This document shows, one piece after another, positions 11,424 through 25,124 of a stretch of DNA of 64,000 bases. Below the pieces are notes generated by a model. That model was not told where the DNA came from. It saw only the letters and a program-made list of their open reading frames with translations, and ran no database searches. The stretch comes from Atractiella rhizophila. Its lineage: Eukaryota. Every line of letters begins with the position of its first letter. Position 1 is the stretch's first letter. The translations under genes and the position numbers were made by a program. The stretch covers positions 1-64,000 of the forward strand of contig MU271227.1 of NCBI GenBank assembly GCA_021432655.1, in the 5' to 3' direction.

Positions 11424-14400
11424 ATGGAGAGGATACTCGACGTGCCGCCTTCTTCACTGAGGAGCACTCAGCGTCCTCCACCTCAGCCAACGGGATTGTC
11501 ACATTCTTCTTCTTCGAAGAGAAGCTCGAGACCAATCTCGGCTTCGACATCCCACCCATCGTTACTGACAACAAAGCACTCGAACGGGCACGGTGAAGGG
11601 AACATGCGAGCTCACGCTTCCACTGCTTCCTTGGTTGGACGGGGAAAGAGGACCACCCTTGGGTCTTCTCCTCCAGTTTCAATGCCTGTGACCATGAGGG
11701 AAAGGGAGATGGAGAATGGTGGAAACGCGCGGAGGAGCGCAAGCTTGAGTGGAGCTGCAGGTAATGTCCTCAACATGTTCAGAGGGAGAAGGATGAGCGG
11801 AAGTCAGAGTGGACACGGACACGGAGGCGGTGGGAGCGAAAGAGGACATAAGAGAGGATTAAGCGAGGAGAGTTTTGAAGTGGTCGACATCAAGAATATC
11901 CCAGACGAGACTCTCAACAACCCTCCTCCGACGGAGAGAACTAGCACGTCGACTCTCAGACGCGAAGAACGTCGCTCTACCTCTACTCGAGGCTCAAAGG
12001 GGAAAGCGGTCTCGAGTCCACCTTCCGCTGCCTCCATCCTCGCCAACCGACGACCTTCAGAAAGCTCAAAACCGTCCTTCGACCGTGGCGAGAAGCCTGC
12101 ACGTCCCCCACGGCTCTCTGGCAACACGCAACAAGCAGAAACCACTCTTCGACCGTTCCCCGCAACAGCGAATGAACCCAACATACCCACTCAAAGGAAA
12201 GGAGACTCTAGCTTCCTCCTCGTTTCCCCTGCTGCCTCTCCTCCAGCTTCAGCAAGGAACGACCTCTCTCCTCGCAGCCTGCCATCACTGCCACCCACAC
12301 AGGCTGAACAGGATCCTCCAACCACGTCGCTTAAGGCTCTGCAGACGCTCACCGGTCTGAACACGAAGTCTCCCAAGGCGATCGAGAAGTTGACTGGTAA
12401 GTAATGCGTCTGTTTTTAACGAAGTCCTTTCTTTCTTCGCTTCAGTTCAGTTTTCGTTTTATTCTCAGCTGTTGCCGTTGCTGTGAATGCAATGCCGATG
12501 CACGTCTTCCATCTACAGCTTATTACTCTTGCCCAGCGTTGCAGAAGGCATTACACCTTGACACATAGTTTTCCTCAGCTTCTTTCAACTTTTTTTTTGA
12601 CGCGTCCAAATTCTCTAATCCAGCGCGTCGGAAATTGAATAACGGGAACCGGGAACGCTTCTTGCTGCGGACTTCTCTCGGAAGCTTTCTTTGGCCCTGG
12701 GCCAAAGCGGGTCAACGCAGAACTCCTTTCTTGACGACCGTCTGCCGTCAATTCTGTGTACTCATCCAGAGTGATCCAGACCTCCCTTTCTCTAGCCTGT
12801 CTATTCTCCGAATCACTTGATAACCAGCAACCCTTTGTTTTCTCCTCTTTCGCTTCTTGCAAATTTTTGTCTCGTTCTTGGTTCTTGGAAAAAAAAACTT
12901 GAGAGCTGACCATGGCTCGTCCTCCATCCCTCCTCCTCATACCTCCTCCAGGTATCAAGATGGCACCGCAAACGGACGAGCCGACGAAGCACGAACGAAT
13001 GCTCGGCGTAGCCCTCAACAGACCAAACACGACGAAGCACCTATCCGCTGACGGAAGGAAGGATCGAGATTCGCTGCTCACTGTGGATTCCGAGCAGGGA
13101 TACGCTCGAGAGTCCACTTGGACCGCCGCTACAACGAATACGACGGGCACAGGTGGAGATGCTGATTTGGAGGGCGAGGGAGAGACGGAGAGCGATGACG
13201 AGGAGAGGTATAGACCTGAGGAGGAGGATGTGGGCGTTGGAATCCACCCTGGGAGAAAGAGGAGCAACCCTAAGCCGCTCAATAAACTTGCTATCAATGT
13301 TGAGGAGGCTCCGGACCTTCCCGTGCGCGCGAAGCCGAATGGAAATGGTATTGGTTTAGGACCTGACGGTCCATCGTCAACGGGAAGGATCAGGACGAGG
13401 AGCATGAACTCTAATGCGAGCACGGCAAAGACGGATCATTCGAGGGATCGGAGGGAGAAGGAATTTTTCAGGAAGGAGAAGCTCTCTCAGATGCCCATGC
13501 CTCGTAACAGCGGAGGATCAAAGCAGTCCTCCCTTTCCAAGGCTCAAGGAATTTCATCCCTCGCTGGAGGAGCTCAAGCCTCCTCACCCACTCAAGCTTC
13601 AAGACGCTCCAACTCGTCTCAAGTCATCCAACCGGCCTCTCCCACGGTGCCCAAACCACCTCCTTCAACTGCTTCCACCCTTGCTGTCTTGTACCTCGTC
13701 TGCGGTCTTCCCAAAGATCCCTCCTGCTGGACCCTCAGCGATCACACCACAGATCTACTCCCCTCCAACCCAACATCTCTCTCCATGCCAACTGCCCAAG
13801 CTGCCCCAGCACACCTCGAAGGAGCAGTCAGCAGGTGGTGGAGACCTGAAGTCCTAGGAACAACAGTCAGCCAAAGCGGAGTGGAGCCGTCCGAGCCAAA
13901 GAGAAGGAGGGGGATCGGGAAGAAGGACCGAGGGGAGATGGGCGGCGGTGGGCATCATCATGGTATCATTCCAAAGGAGGAGACAGCAAGGATTCAAGCG
14001 AAAGCGATGAAGGTTTGATTTCCTCCTGGCCGCTTTGGGAACGCTGTTGATCATTTCGTAGCTTGCCTTTACCCGAGAAGTCGAAGTCATTGCATCGACC
14101 ATCCAACCCCCTTCCACCGTTCACAATTTCTCCTTCACTATCGCCAATCCCTCAGCCTCCGGCCCTGCATCCGTCCCTGGAGCTATTGGACAAGCGTGGG
14201 ACAACGCACTTGCTCGCCCAGGAACGGGAACTACCCCTCCCACCACATCCACATCCCACGGTCCTCCAACAACGACATATTACTGCTCCTGCCTCGTAGT
14301 GTGGTCTCATGCTGACACCGCTCGTTCCGAAGCCATTCGTCAGGCGGTTGAAAACGGTGGCAAGATCAAGACGGTCGCCATTGCTCGAGCTGTGAAGGCT

Positions 14401-17400
14401 GCAGCTGCTGGGAAGAGGTTTGGGGAGAAGCTTGAGTCCAGGATGGAAAGTCCGATGGGCATCGTTCCTGACTCTGGCAAAAGTTTCGGCGGAAAGAACA
14501 AGGGATGGAGTTCCGGTGCTGAGACGGATACGGAGACGGAGGCGTATATGACGGAGAGCGAATGGGGAGAGTTGAGCGATAGAGGCGGTGTGCCTTTAGC
14601 CATCTTACCTCAAAGCACGCCGTTTTGGCTTCCCTATGCCTTGGTCCTTGTGTATGTCCCCTTCCACGAGTTAATTAAGCTGGGCTGATGTGCTTCTCTG
14701 CAGCTCTCGCCATCCACTGTACGATTTGATGACGGATGTCCTGCGCATTTCTTGGGCACGGTTCCACTCCGACATTGCCAGGCATTCGCTTGAGATGTCT
14801 AGTTCGTTCCTCGTTTCATACATCTGCAACCATGTGCTGATGGAACTTTAGAATTCCTCAATTTTCCTACTCCTAAACCTGGGGAAACTCTGCGTCTGCC
14901 GGTGGGACTGGTGAGATCGAAACTGACTTTGTCACAATCATGCCGGGCAAGCTGGATTTCAGGTCAACTTTCGTCAACGTCGACGTACGTTCTTGTCCTC
15001 CATCTACTTTTTGGTCTGATGCGCGAAACGAACTTTGTAGTTCCAGATGTGGCCGCTCTTCAAGGCGCTCTCGGCGGAGAATATTCTTACGATCTGCGAA
15101 ATTGCCCTTTCTCCGTTGGGCAAGGTTATATTCTTTTGTCGTCATCCCATCATGCTCAATATAGCTGTGGAGACTTTCCGTTACTTGTTGGAGATGAGAG
15201 GTTGGAGTGGAATCGTCCACTCCGCGGTTCATTCTGTGCGGGTCCCTTTTCTTCCAGTATGCGTACACTCATCTGTGAACAGCGCGACCTTCCTATCTAC
15301 CTTTCTGATCCGGGACCGTTCCTCCTCGGATTGAATGTGCAGACGCGTAGCATTGTTGGCACCGTCGCTACGGACATTCTTCAAGTGGACCTGGACACTG
15401 ATTCCGTCTCTATCGACAACCCTTATCCCGGTGCACTTTCCAAAGGAGCAACCCGAGAGAAGTTGAGGAAGAAGCTTGAAGTCGCCATCGGTCACCCTGG
15501 CCACTACTATGGTGTGCCTCCCGAACTGCACGAAGCTTTTCCTGCCAATCGTTTCCGTCCATTCAGCGCTGTTGAAGTTGAGGGACGCCCTACGCCTGCT
15601 GAACGCCTTATGCCTCAAGCGACTTGGGACTGGAACCAACAAAGAGTCATTGCTGCCTTCGATCGCATCTTGGCCCAGAAACCAAGAACCGGTTTCCTCA
15701 AACACGTGTTGAGGAGCAATGTTCCGAGACGAGCAGCTACTCTCGATCCTGGAACTCAGCATGTTCAAACCATCGTTCGGCAGCATGCTTCATCATTCGT
15801 TGATCGTAGGGATATGCTGGAGGGTTCGTCTCAATTCCACAGGACGATCTTTTCTAATGAAGGAAACAGCAAAGATTTGGAAGCTGAATCGGCGACTGGC
15901 TTTCCTCATGGCTGAAAGGTGAGTCATGCCACTTATGAGAAGTATGAAACTGACTTTCACGCAGTGCGGAGTGGAAGAATTCAATGAAAACGTTTCAACG
16001 GTTCGCTGATAAACTCACAAAAGAATCGGCAGAGCTGAAGGTACTGAAATTCACTTCTACTTGCAACAGCTTCATTTACCCTGGGCTAGACGCGACTGGA
16101 GAAGGAACGCCGAGAGGCAAAGAGGCTGAGCGGTGTAGTTTCTGAACAAGAACTCAGGCAAAAAGACCTATCGATGCAGCTCCAGAACACAGAGAAGGCA
16201 AGAGAAGCTGCCTTTGAAGAGTTGAAGAAGATGCAGCAGATCCGCCTCGAGATCACCCAACAGAGGGATACCTTGGCTTCCGAGATCCGTCACATCGTCA
16301 ACATGGGTGATAGCTCACCTGCTATTATGGAGAACATCTTTAACCGGCTAGACCACACGAGCGAAATTGGGTCTCGCCCGCCTACAGCACAAAGCAATCG
16401 ATCCCAGTCACGCGACCGTCAATACTACCGCCGCTCCCACAATCGTTCGATCAGTCCTGCTGTCGACAATGGCTCTGAACTCGATTTCGATGAAACCATG
16501 GAACAAATTTCTGAGGAGCCAGAGGGGGACGATGATGAGTCGATTTTCTTCGCAGAAAAAATCGCGGTTGAGGAAACGATGCGTTCGATCCAAAACCGAC
16601 TTGAGATGGCACTCAGGCAAGCTGGCCAGTGGGATGGCCGTAGCCTTGTGACTTCGCCGCCAGATTCGCCAACGTCAAGCAGCACCGTTCACCCAGAGAT
16701 GACAAAGGAAGCGAATGGCGACCACTTGAGGACTGAAGGCGGTGCCAGCCCTAATCCAGGCAAGGCGTCCTTGTCCCAAAAGATGCTGTCAAAGATGAAA
16801 GACATCCGTTCTCGCAAGACCACTGTCACAGCTCACAGCCCATCCGTCACCAGTTCGCCGGTTATCGATCCACATCCCATTTCTCCTCCGGCAACGCCAG
16901 ATCCATCAGGAACTACAAGGCGAAGAGACAGCAAACAGTTTGGAGTTGCGCCGTATCTTCGTCCTGAATCTTCGCAATCTATGCGGCAAGATACGACAAG
17001 GATGAACAGCTCCCGTCCATCTCTCTCCTCGAGCCCCCATCCTCCTTCAGCATTCCACAATCCGACGCGACCGAGTCATTTCAAGAACATGAGCAATGCT
17101 TCCGTCTTGACCACAGATGACGATGCCGCCTCCTTCGTCAGTGCAGCGGATTTGACACCCGACGAAGCGTCACTCGACAATCACGACAATGATCTGAGCG
17201 AGCGGCCTTCGATTGATTCTTCCCATTCAGTTTACATTGATACCGCTGATGGTACACCTCAGCGACAAGATGTAAGAACATCCTACGCTTCTACGGCATC
17301 TATGGATACCATCGTCGGCCATTCATCCAATGGTAGCATGAGTGGATTCAAGCCTCGACCTTTCTTGTTGTTCAACAGCTCCGATTCGGGGTTAGTAGAA

Positions 17401-17508
17401 GAGAGCACTCCCAAGGACAAGAGACGATCATCACTTCTTGTCAGCTCGAATCGACCTAAGAGGGAGCAACCTCCTAGATCACCTTCCATCCCTGGCTCTT
17501 TCGCTTAA
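11424..17508 (+). CDS. DENN-domain protein (putative Rab GEF) with long disordered N- and C-termini and a coiled coil
   Basis: Motifs YLVCGLPK, RWWRPEVLG, YCSCLVVWS, PFWLPYALVLVSR, MWPLFKALSAENILTICEIAL and DPGPFLLGL. Exon 11424-12396 splices in frame over a 555-nt intron to 12952 (EKLTG-IKMAPQ). Stop at 17508. Confidence 0.8.
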
Positions 17509-17879
17509 ATCACTTCCGACGTAATCTGTCTCATTTCACTCCCTCTCCATCAAGCGCAAGTTCGTTGCATACCATGCCAGTCGTTTCTCCCAAATCCATG
17601 ATTGCTGCAAATGTGGGATTTCAGTATTCAGCTCGCTTGGTTACTCATCGCGGATTTCTTGTCTACCTCTTCTTAATGTTAACGTTGATAGTTAACGATC
17701 TAATGTGTTGAATACAAAGCTTTCTTTACTTATATTTCTTTACATGCTATTTTTATTCCTTCGACATTTGACTTACAATAAACCCTTTTATCCAAGAAGT
17801 GATTTCGAACTCAAAATAGTGTCCTTTCTGGTACTCGACCATTGAACTGTCATTGGATCCTCCCAAATAATTCTCCAGC

Positions 17880-19366
17880 CTACCATCCCTTGCTGACCTC
17901 AGTCTCTAAACAAGTCTTCCACCCTGTTTCTGAACCCTGTGCTCCCTCTCCTTTCTCCCCAAAGAACGGCAACACAGCGACCTTAAGAGCATCTTCCAAC
18001 AAGCCGTCAATCAAACCTCCCAATCGCGAGCCTGTCTGGGCGAAGTCAGGGCAGGCGTTCATCTCTAATAATTGGGGTGAACATGTGGACGCTGTGAGGA
18101 GAAAGTCGAGTCCGAAGATTTCGAAGGCGTCTGGTCGAACCTGTTCCATTTATGTCAGAATCAAGATCTACGTCAAATCCTGACGAGACGACATAGACGA
18201 AAGAGCAGGAAGGACGCACTTGGAAGTGGATCGGTTGAGCGAGAGCAGCGTTGAAGGTTTCATTGATCACTCCTCCTATTTTCTCTTTGATCTCCTTCAC
18301 GTCCTCCTTTGTCAACTCTCGCGTGCCTACCTTTCTGGTAGAATCAGCATCGGCACCATCGCCTTGTCCCTCCTCGGTGCTATCGACATCCACGGGGAAC
18401 TCGCAGCCCACGAGCTCGTCGAGAGTGAAGACAAGTTTATCGGCTTCCGCTGGCTCGTCGGCGGACTTGCGTTGGAGGCAGGTGTTTGTGAGATGGGCTC
18501 TCAGATCGAGATCTCCGCTTTCTAAGGCGGAGGAAGACGGAGCGGAGTAAGGGAGAGATGAGAAGAGTGCGAGGACGGAAGGGGAATGATAGTAGACCTT
18601 GAGTGCGCCAACGGCGAGGACGTAGACACGCAGGTGGAATTTGTGCGCATTCGGAATCGGGATCGCAGTTGTAAGAGTGGATGGGGGAGAAAGGAGCAGG
18701 GGTGGCAGATATTCCTTTTGCAAAGTCAATATCTAAAGCCTCCACAGGGAGTGTAGTTGAAGAACGGACTTGGATGACGAAATGACGAAGTTGGGAAAGC
18801 GACATTCCCCTTCCCTCATCATCTTGCTGTTCATCCACGTCCCCATCTTCATTTTCCAAATCCTCCAAAATTTGACGAAGCATATCCCTCGAATTGAAAA
18901 GCCTGATCCCCTCACCTCTATCCGTCATCGAAGGCTTCAAGATCCACCATCTGCCTCCGTCAGCTGCATCCAAGGCCACACCAAGGTCGAAAAGTTCTTC
19001 GATCCAAGCTTCCTCGAGCTCGTCGGCAAAGCTCAGCTCGAGTACGAACGACTTTGGCACGCCTTCCTTGCGGAGTGGACAATCAAGATGTTTGGAAAGA
19101 TGCTGTTGGATGGTGAGCGCCAGATAGTGTTTGCGGATGAGCGATTTGCGGATGGGATAGGAAGAGAAGAGTTGGGTAGAGGGAGATGTGAAATCAAGGA
19201 GGTCGTAGTCGCTGAATTGGATGGTAGCATTTCCCTCCCCGGCTGGAGGGGCTGAAGATGTGTCATGTGTCCAGGTGGGGAGAAGACTCTTGAAAGCTTT
19301 CTCCAGGGAGGTACGGGTCGAGGAGTACGATTCGGGGAAGTCGAGGCGATAAGTTTTCGTTGCCAT
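17880..19366 (-). CDS. Tubulin-tyrosine ligase family ATP-grasp protein (Pby1-like)
   Basis: WILKPSMTDRGEGIRLF, HFVIQEY, KFHLRVYVLAVG, HLTNTCLQ, FEIFGLDFL, LLEMNACPDF. Two short introns. Confidence 0.9.
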
Positions 19367-19590
19367 TGCTAATTGCTAGAAAGCTCGTGTTAGTATAATT
19401 GGTTGTCATTAAAGATCATAAAGTGACATGGTGAAATATGGTATTCGTTTGTCACTCTAAGACGATAAGTATGCATCCCAGTTCATACACTTCAACAATG
19501 TACCTGCAAAGTTTCACGTAAATCATACTCTTGAAGCGACATTGGAAAATGAGGGAAGTTACTCTTATCGGCAAGCAGACAACTCGACTT

Positions 19591-19858
19591 AAAGAATCGA
19601 TCAAAAGGAAATACCCAAGGATAGGCTTTTGTAAGTAGCCACATAGAATGGTCGTGAGTTTAAGATATTGTGGCTGAAGAATAGATAAAGTGTCCTCGAC
19701 TGAACGTCAGAGATGCCACAAAAAAAAAAAAGAATCGATCAAAAGGAAATACCCAAGGATAAGCTTTTGTAAGTAGCCACATAGAATGGTCGTGAGTTTA
19801 AGATATTGTGGCTGAAGAATAGATAAAGTGTCCTCGACTGAACGTCAGAGATGCCACA
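19591..19858. repeat. 130-bp tandem duplication with a poly(A) junction
   Basis: 19591-19720 and 19729-19858 differ at one position (ataGgc vs ataAgc). The junction is an A12 run at 19720-19731. Confidence 0.95.
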
Positions 19859-20155
19859 GCTCCTTGTTGACAACGGATCGAACAAAGGGATCACACAAAC
19901 GAACCACACCAAGCTGCCCATACAGAGCCATGGCTGCAACAAAAAGTACGCACCAACGCAGATGCAAAGTATATCTGTTTGTAATACCTTCGTCAATAAG
20001 TCTGGCAATAAGTCAAGCTCATCCGATCCACTAATCAACTTCTCTTCGCAGCGACAGTGATCGAAGTCTTGCAAGCCTCCACAACTTTGGTTTAGTGCTC
20101 TCTACACGCCATCATCGACTGCCATCATCACTGACTGAGAGTCCAACCAGCCAAA

Positions 20156-21004
20156 ATGATCCACAGCGTCCTGATCTGTGCGTGTTTACTCTCCCCAAGC
20201 CCGTTTGACCATCGTTGCAGTTAACAACTCCGGCAAGCCGCGAATGACCAAGTTCTACTCTGTCCAATCGCCCTCTTCCCCTTCAGACCGTCTCGCATTC
20301 CTCAACAAAGTGTTTGACCTCGTCTCCTCCCGGTCAGACAACCTATGTAACTTCGTCGAACTGCCCAGCGCTATCTCTCGGCCCAAGAATAAGGGCAAGA
20401 AGAGAGCAGAACTCACAGAGGCGGGATCGTCCATGTGGAGTGACGAGAGAGAGACGGTGGAAAGAGAGGAGAGAGAGGAGGAGCTTAAAGTCATCTATAG
20501 GCATTATGCTACGCTTTATTTTGCGTTTGTTGTGGATAGGGGAGAGAGCGAGTTAGCAATATTGGATCTCATTCAGGTATGTCCGATCATCCGCTTCTTT
20601 GGAGAACGAGTGCGCGGAGTGACGTTTCTTCCGGTACTTCGTCTGCGATGAAAAGGTATTTGTGGAGTCCCTAGATCGCATATTTGCAAACGTGAGCGAA
20701 CTCGACCTCATCTTCCACTTCCCAGAAGTATGTCCACTCGTCTCCCCCTCCACATCCACACTAACACTGTCCTCTCTCCTCCCATCTTCCAATTTGCAAG
20801 ATACATCTCCTCCTCTCTTGCATCCTCTCTTCCGGTCTCGTGCTCGACACCTCCCTCGAGTCGATCGTGAAGACGTACGGCGAGCTGATGAAGGCACGGA
20901 TGGGGTCAAATAACATCTCAAGTGACGCAGGAGGCTTTGGCGGCGCGAATGCGGTGGTGGGAGGGCTTGAGAAGTTGGGGTGGGGGTTTAAGGGACGTTC
21001 GTGA
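20156..21004 (+). CDS. APS3: AP-3 adaptor complex sigma subunit
   Basis: Spliced product reads MIHSVLIFNNSGKPRMTKFY...LCNF...VIYRHYATLYF...ESELAILDLIQVFVESLDRIFANVSELDLIFH. Three introns. Confidence 0.9.
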
Positions 21005-22582
21005 TGGGTGAGCATCAAGTCCTATCATTGCTGGTGTGCCTTTAAACTTTGGTGTTGTACCTTTTATGGAATGCGAACAGAGCTTCTGAAGTACAAACAG
21101 GGGAGAGTGAGAATTATGGTTCTCGAGGTGTGAGCTTGCGCTTGTGACTTGACAGAAGTTAGGAATGTTGTTTATGGATTTATGACACCGTTCGGGAAGT
21201 GCTAGGGTTTGGCGCTGAGGAGTTTAATGCTGTTTTATAATAGAGACGTGGTCCTATGATCCGTACATGACAGATCAAGTTTCTCCCGTCATGATGCAGT
21301 TGAATCTGGTTGAATGAAAGAAGTTCAAAGCTCCCGCCGTCAAAGGTATGTACAAAACAAGGTCATGTGCCATGCTAACAGTTAGCTCTAGGAGGGACGG
21401 GTCTAAAGGACTCATTTTGACAGTGCATCGGACAGCGCAAAACACTCATCATCCCTCTCTCTTTTAAAAGGAGAGTAAAGCGATTCGCACATCGGAAAGC
21501 CCTCTTGATGAAGCTAGACGTGTCCTAGGTGGGAGTTATGAAAAACTCGTCAACCGCCAAACGACCAAAATGGAGCTTTGCTGTTGACATGCTTTATCTT
21601 GCATACAACAGCAAGTGGCGGCACATCCCATCAATCCCTTCAAGTTTTTCAGCTGGGATGGGCAGGACCTGTATGGGCAATCTTCGATGCTCTCTTTTTG
21701 AGCGACCAAAGTTCAGGAGACAAAGCCCTTCGCGTTGAACCGCCACGCCGCCTTCATTTGAGCAGCATGGCAGAGGATGAGTTGCGATGTGCTCTCCGCG
21801 GGCTGATTTGAGGATGTCGTGCACGAAGTCGTCTTTACGCCGCATGGTAAATACGAAGAGGCCATATTTGCCGCTTCGCCTCGAACACGATTCTAGTGGT
21901 TATGTCTGTGGCCTCCATCAATTGGGTGCCTACTTCGGGTGAAAGGCGGGAAGCTCAAAATATCTGATGCTGACGCCAATCCTCCTCTGTTTACTGAACG
22001 AGAGCGGCTCTTCATCGTTCCTAATGAAAGTTGATACCCCTTCGGCACGTTTCTCTGGTAGGATTTCGAGGGTTTCCTCTTTCTTACTCTGTCTCTCGAG
22101 ATGAAGCTGCAATCAGCAATTCTAACTTCCTTCCTACCGAACAAGGAGTTACAGGGTGGACACCTTGGATATCAGAATAGAAATTGGATTATTGTGGGAT
22201 TTACCACGCCCACTCGCAATTCCCTGTCGCAATACTACATAGATACGGGTTCGGCCTTCTTTCCACAGAAAAGCTGTTGTGCTGAGATGTTCCTGGCAGT
22301 TTTCAATCGAACAAGAACCGACAGGATACAACTCCGCTTGTAACTTTTTGCATTGTGTATGTACCGAAGCTTCACTGGAAGGGTCCCACCCTTCACCTCG
22401 CTGTCAGAACCGCAGAAGGGGTGCAAAGATCCCAGGAAAGCTGCCGATCATCGTATCTCTACAAAGTTCATCATCAGAGTTTGTCCAGACGTACAATCGC
22501 CCTTGAGTCGGTAGCTCGCCCATAAAAGCTCGAATGAGATGCCCAATGTCAAACGCCCATATTTCGTCCTCGAATTTTCACA

Positions 22583-24012
22583 ATGGACACTACCAACAGC
22601 TATTCAACGCTCCAAAACCAACGTACGTTCATGATCACTACACCCCCTTTTCTTCCTTGACATGATAATGCAGACATTGATTTGGTTGTGGTGCGTGCAG
22701 CTGAACTTGATAACGTCTTTCAGCGTTCGGGACCAATTCGACACATTCACGAAGTTCCCGGTGGCTGCCTTCTGATCCTGGATAATGGTCACTTCGTTAT
22801 CTCTTTTGAGGAGCTCCAGCTGCTGCTCTCACAACCCGCAATATCCAACATCCTGCCTCCCGATAGCGGCCTGCGTAAAGCGGTTGAACAAAACGTGCAA
22901 GGTTAGCCCATTCGTCATTCCTCGTAGTTTCCAACCCGAATTAATTTTCCGAACAGCGAAACGTTTACAGGAGTTTCCTCAAATTCCTGCGGGAGGATTT
23001 GCAAGCGCCTTAGACGCTGTCTCCTCATCGGGCCCAATTTGGGATTCTCCAGCCTCCTCGGGTGGTGAGAACCCGCTTCTGGGTTTCTTCGACAACGAAG
23101 CGCTTCAAGATCAAATTGCTCAACTTCATCAATGGGATGCCAGCACCTCGCTCAATCAATGGGACAATCAATCCAATCCGGTTTCAGAATTCGCTTTCCT
23201 CTCGGACGGCCAGTACAGCGATGCATCATCCATCACTCCCGCGTCTACTTCATCGCCAGACGGAAGCAACTCAAACTCTTCCAACGCTGGTTCTCGCCCT
23301 CGCTTCACTCACCGAAGTAGTAGCAGCAGCAGTCGGAAGGCTAAGAACCGATATGTCAAGGACCGGGAACCATACACCATCCAACTCGCTTCCGAAGACC
23401 TCACCTTTGCTTTCAACACCTCCAACTGTTTTCCTGTCGCTCCCGGAACCCCTGGAGCGGTTCAGGCCGATGGACACCTCGAAAAGGTGACGCTCAAAGC
23501 TGGAAAGTACTATCGGGTATGGAAGAGGGAGGATGATGATGGACGTCCGAACCAAAGGGGCGATTTGGTGGAAAAGTTTCCTTGGACTGTGAGCTTTGCT
23601 CGGTAACTTCCCTCCTTGTTGATGGAAAAGACAGTCAAACGGCAACGACTTTTTGTATGGGCAATCCCAAGGATTTGGGACATGTCTTGATGGATTCAGT
23701 GAGTTTTGCTATCCTTAGTCTTGTTTATATTTGGCTTATTGCTTTACAGGTTTTGTGGGCCATGGCGCTCAGGCGTTCAAACGTCCTGTCATGATTCGAG
23801 GTCGGTCTTTGATATCTACTTATTTCTGTTAACTAAAATCGAGTGGTCAGAGCATATCGCCAGATGTCCAAGTCGTGACGACGATTGTGGACTCAAACAT
23901 CTATGCCAACTTTATGTACGATGCAGTCGTAAACAGTACGCGTCTCTCTGCTCCTGAAGTAGTATTTGCTAAAGATGGAAACAGACCAAAAAACCATCCA
24001 GGGAAAGAATAA
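22583..24012 (+). CDS. Hypothetical multi-exon protein
   Basis: Exons splice in frame (...ELDNVFQRSGP...EQNVQ|AKRLQEF...EKFPWT|...EVVFAKDGNRPKNHPGKE*). Start codon uncertain. Confidence 0.6.
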
Positions 24013-24853
24013 CAATACCGGGAGAATGCCATCTGTTGTGTACCTTCTGCGTCAACGACATCATGATGTGTTGTATCACTCTTACAAGTAGCAGCAGCAG
24101 TCGGAAGGCTAAGAACCGATATGTCAAGGACCGGGAACCATACACCATCCAACTCGCTTCCGAAGACCTCACCTTTGCTTTCAACACCTCCAACTGTTTT
24201 CCTGTCGCTCCCGGAACCCCTGGAGCGGTTCAGGCCGATGGACACCTCGAAAAGGTGACGCTCAAAGCTGGAAAGTACTATCGGGTATGGAAGAGGGAGG
24301 ATGAGGATGGACGTCCGAACCAAAGGGGCGCTTTGGTGGAAAAGTTTCCTTGGACTGTAAGCTTTGCTCCGCATCCTCCCTCCTTGTTGATGGAAAGACA
24401 GTCAAACGGCAACGACTTCTTGTATGGGCAATCCCAAGGATTTGGGACTTGTCTTGATGGATTCAGTGAGTTTTGCTATCCTTAGTCTTGTTTATATTTG
24501 GCTTATTGCTTTACAGGCTTTGTGGGCCATGGCGCTCAGCCGTTCAAACGCCCTGTCATGATCCGAGGTCGGTCTTTGATATCTACTTATTTCTGCCAAC
24601 TAAAATCGAGTGATCAGAGCATATCGCCAGATGTCCAAGTCGTGACGAAGATTGTGGACTCAAACATCTATGCCAACTTTATGTACGATGCAGTCGTAAA
24701 CAGTACGCGTCTCTCTGCTCCTGAAGTAGTATTTTGATAAAGATGGAAACAGAACAAAAAATCATCCAGGGAAAGAATAACAATACCGGGAGAATGCCAT
24801 CTGTTGTGTACCTTCTGCGTCAACGACATCATGATGTGTTGTATCACTCTTAC
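23319..24853. repeat. 768-bp tandem duplication of the 3' half of the 22583 gene
   Basis: 23319-24085 is repeated at 24087-24853 with scattered substitutions and small indels. Introns are retained in both copies. Confidence 0.95.
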
Positions 24854-25124
24854 TTTTGGGTTCTGGTTGCTCTGGGTTTACGTTTTGTATCGTACTGTGA
24901 GCCGAGTATTTGTACATGATTTTTCGCCTATTTAGGCGATACTTTTTACTAAAGAGAAACGCAAGATACAAAGCTAGGTTATGCCCCAAATAGGAGACAC
25001 GAGACACACAGTGCTGGTATGAAAACAAATTCTGAGCACTATCACGTGCTACGATTGTCTGTAGTTGTTGCGCCAGACAACACATCTTCCAGACCTCACC
25101 CAACTTCACCAAGCAAAAAGCAGC

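Noticed and set aside
21500..22450. Possible spliced gene upstream of the 22583 gene
   Set aside because: Some splice-like signals, but every frame I tried hits stops and no motif is recognisable.
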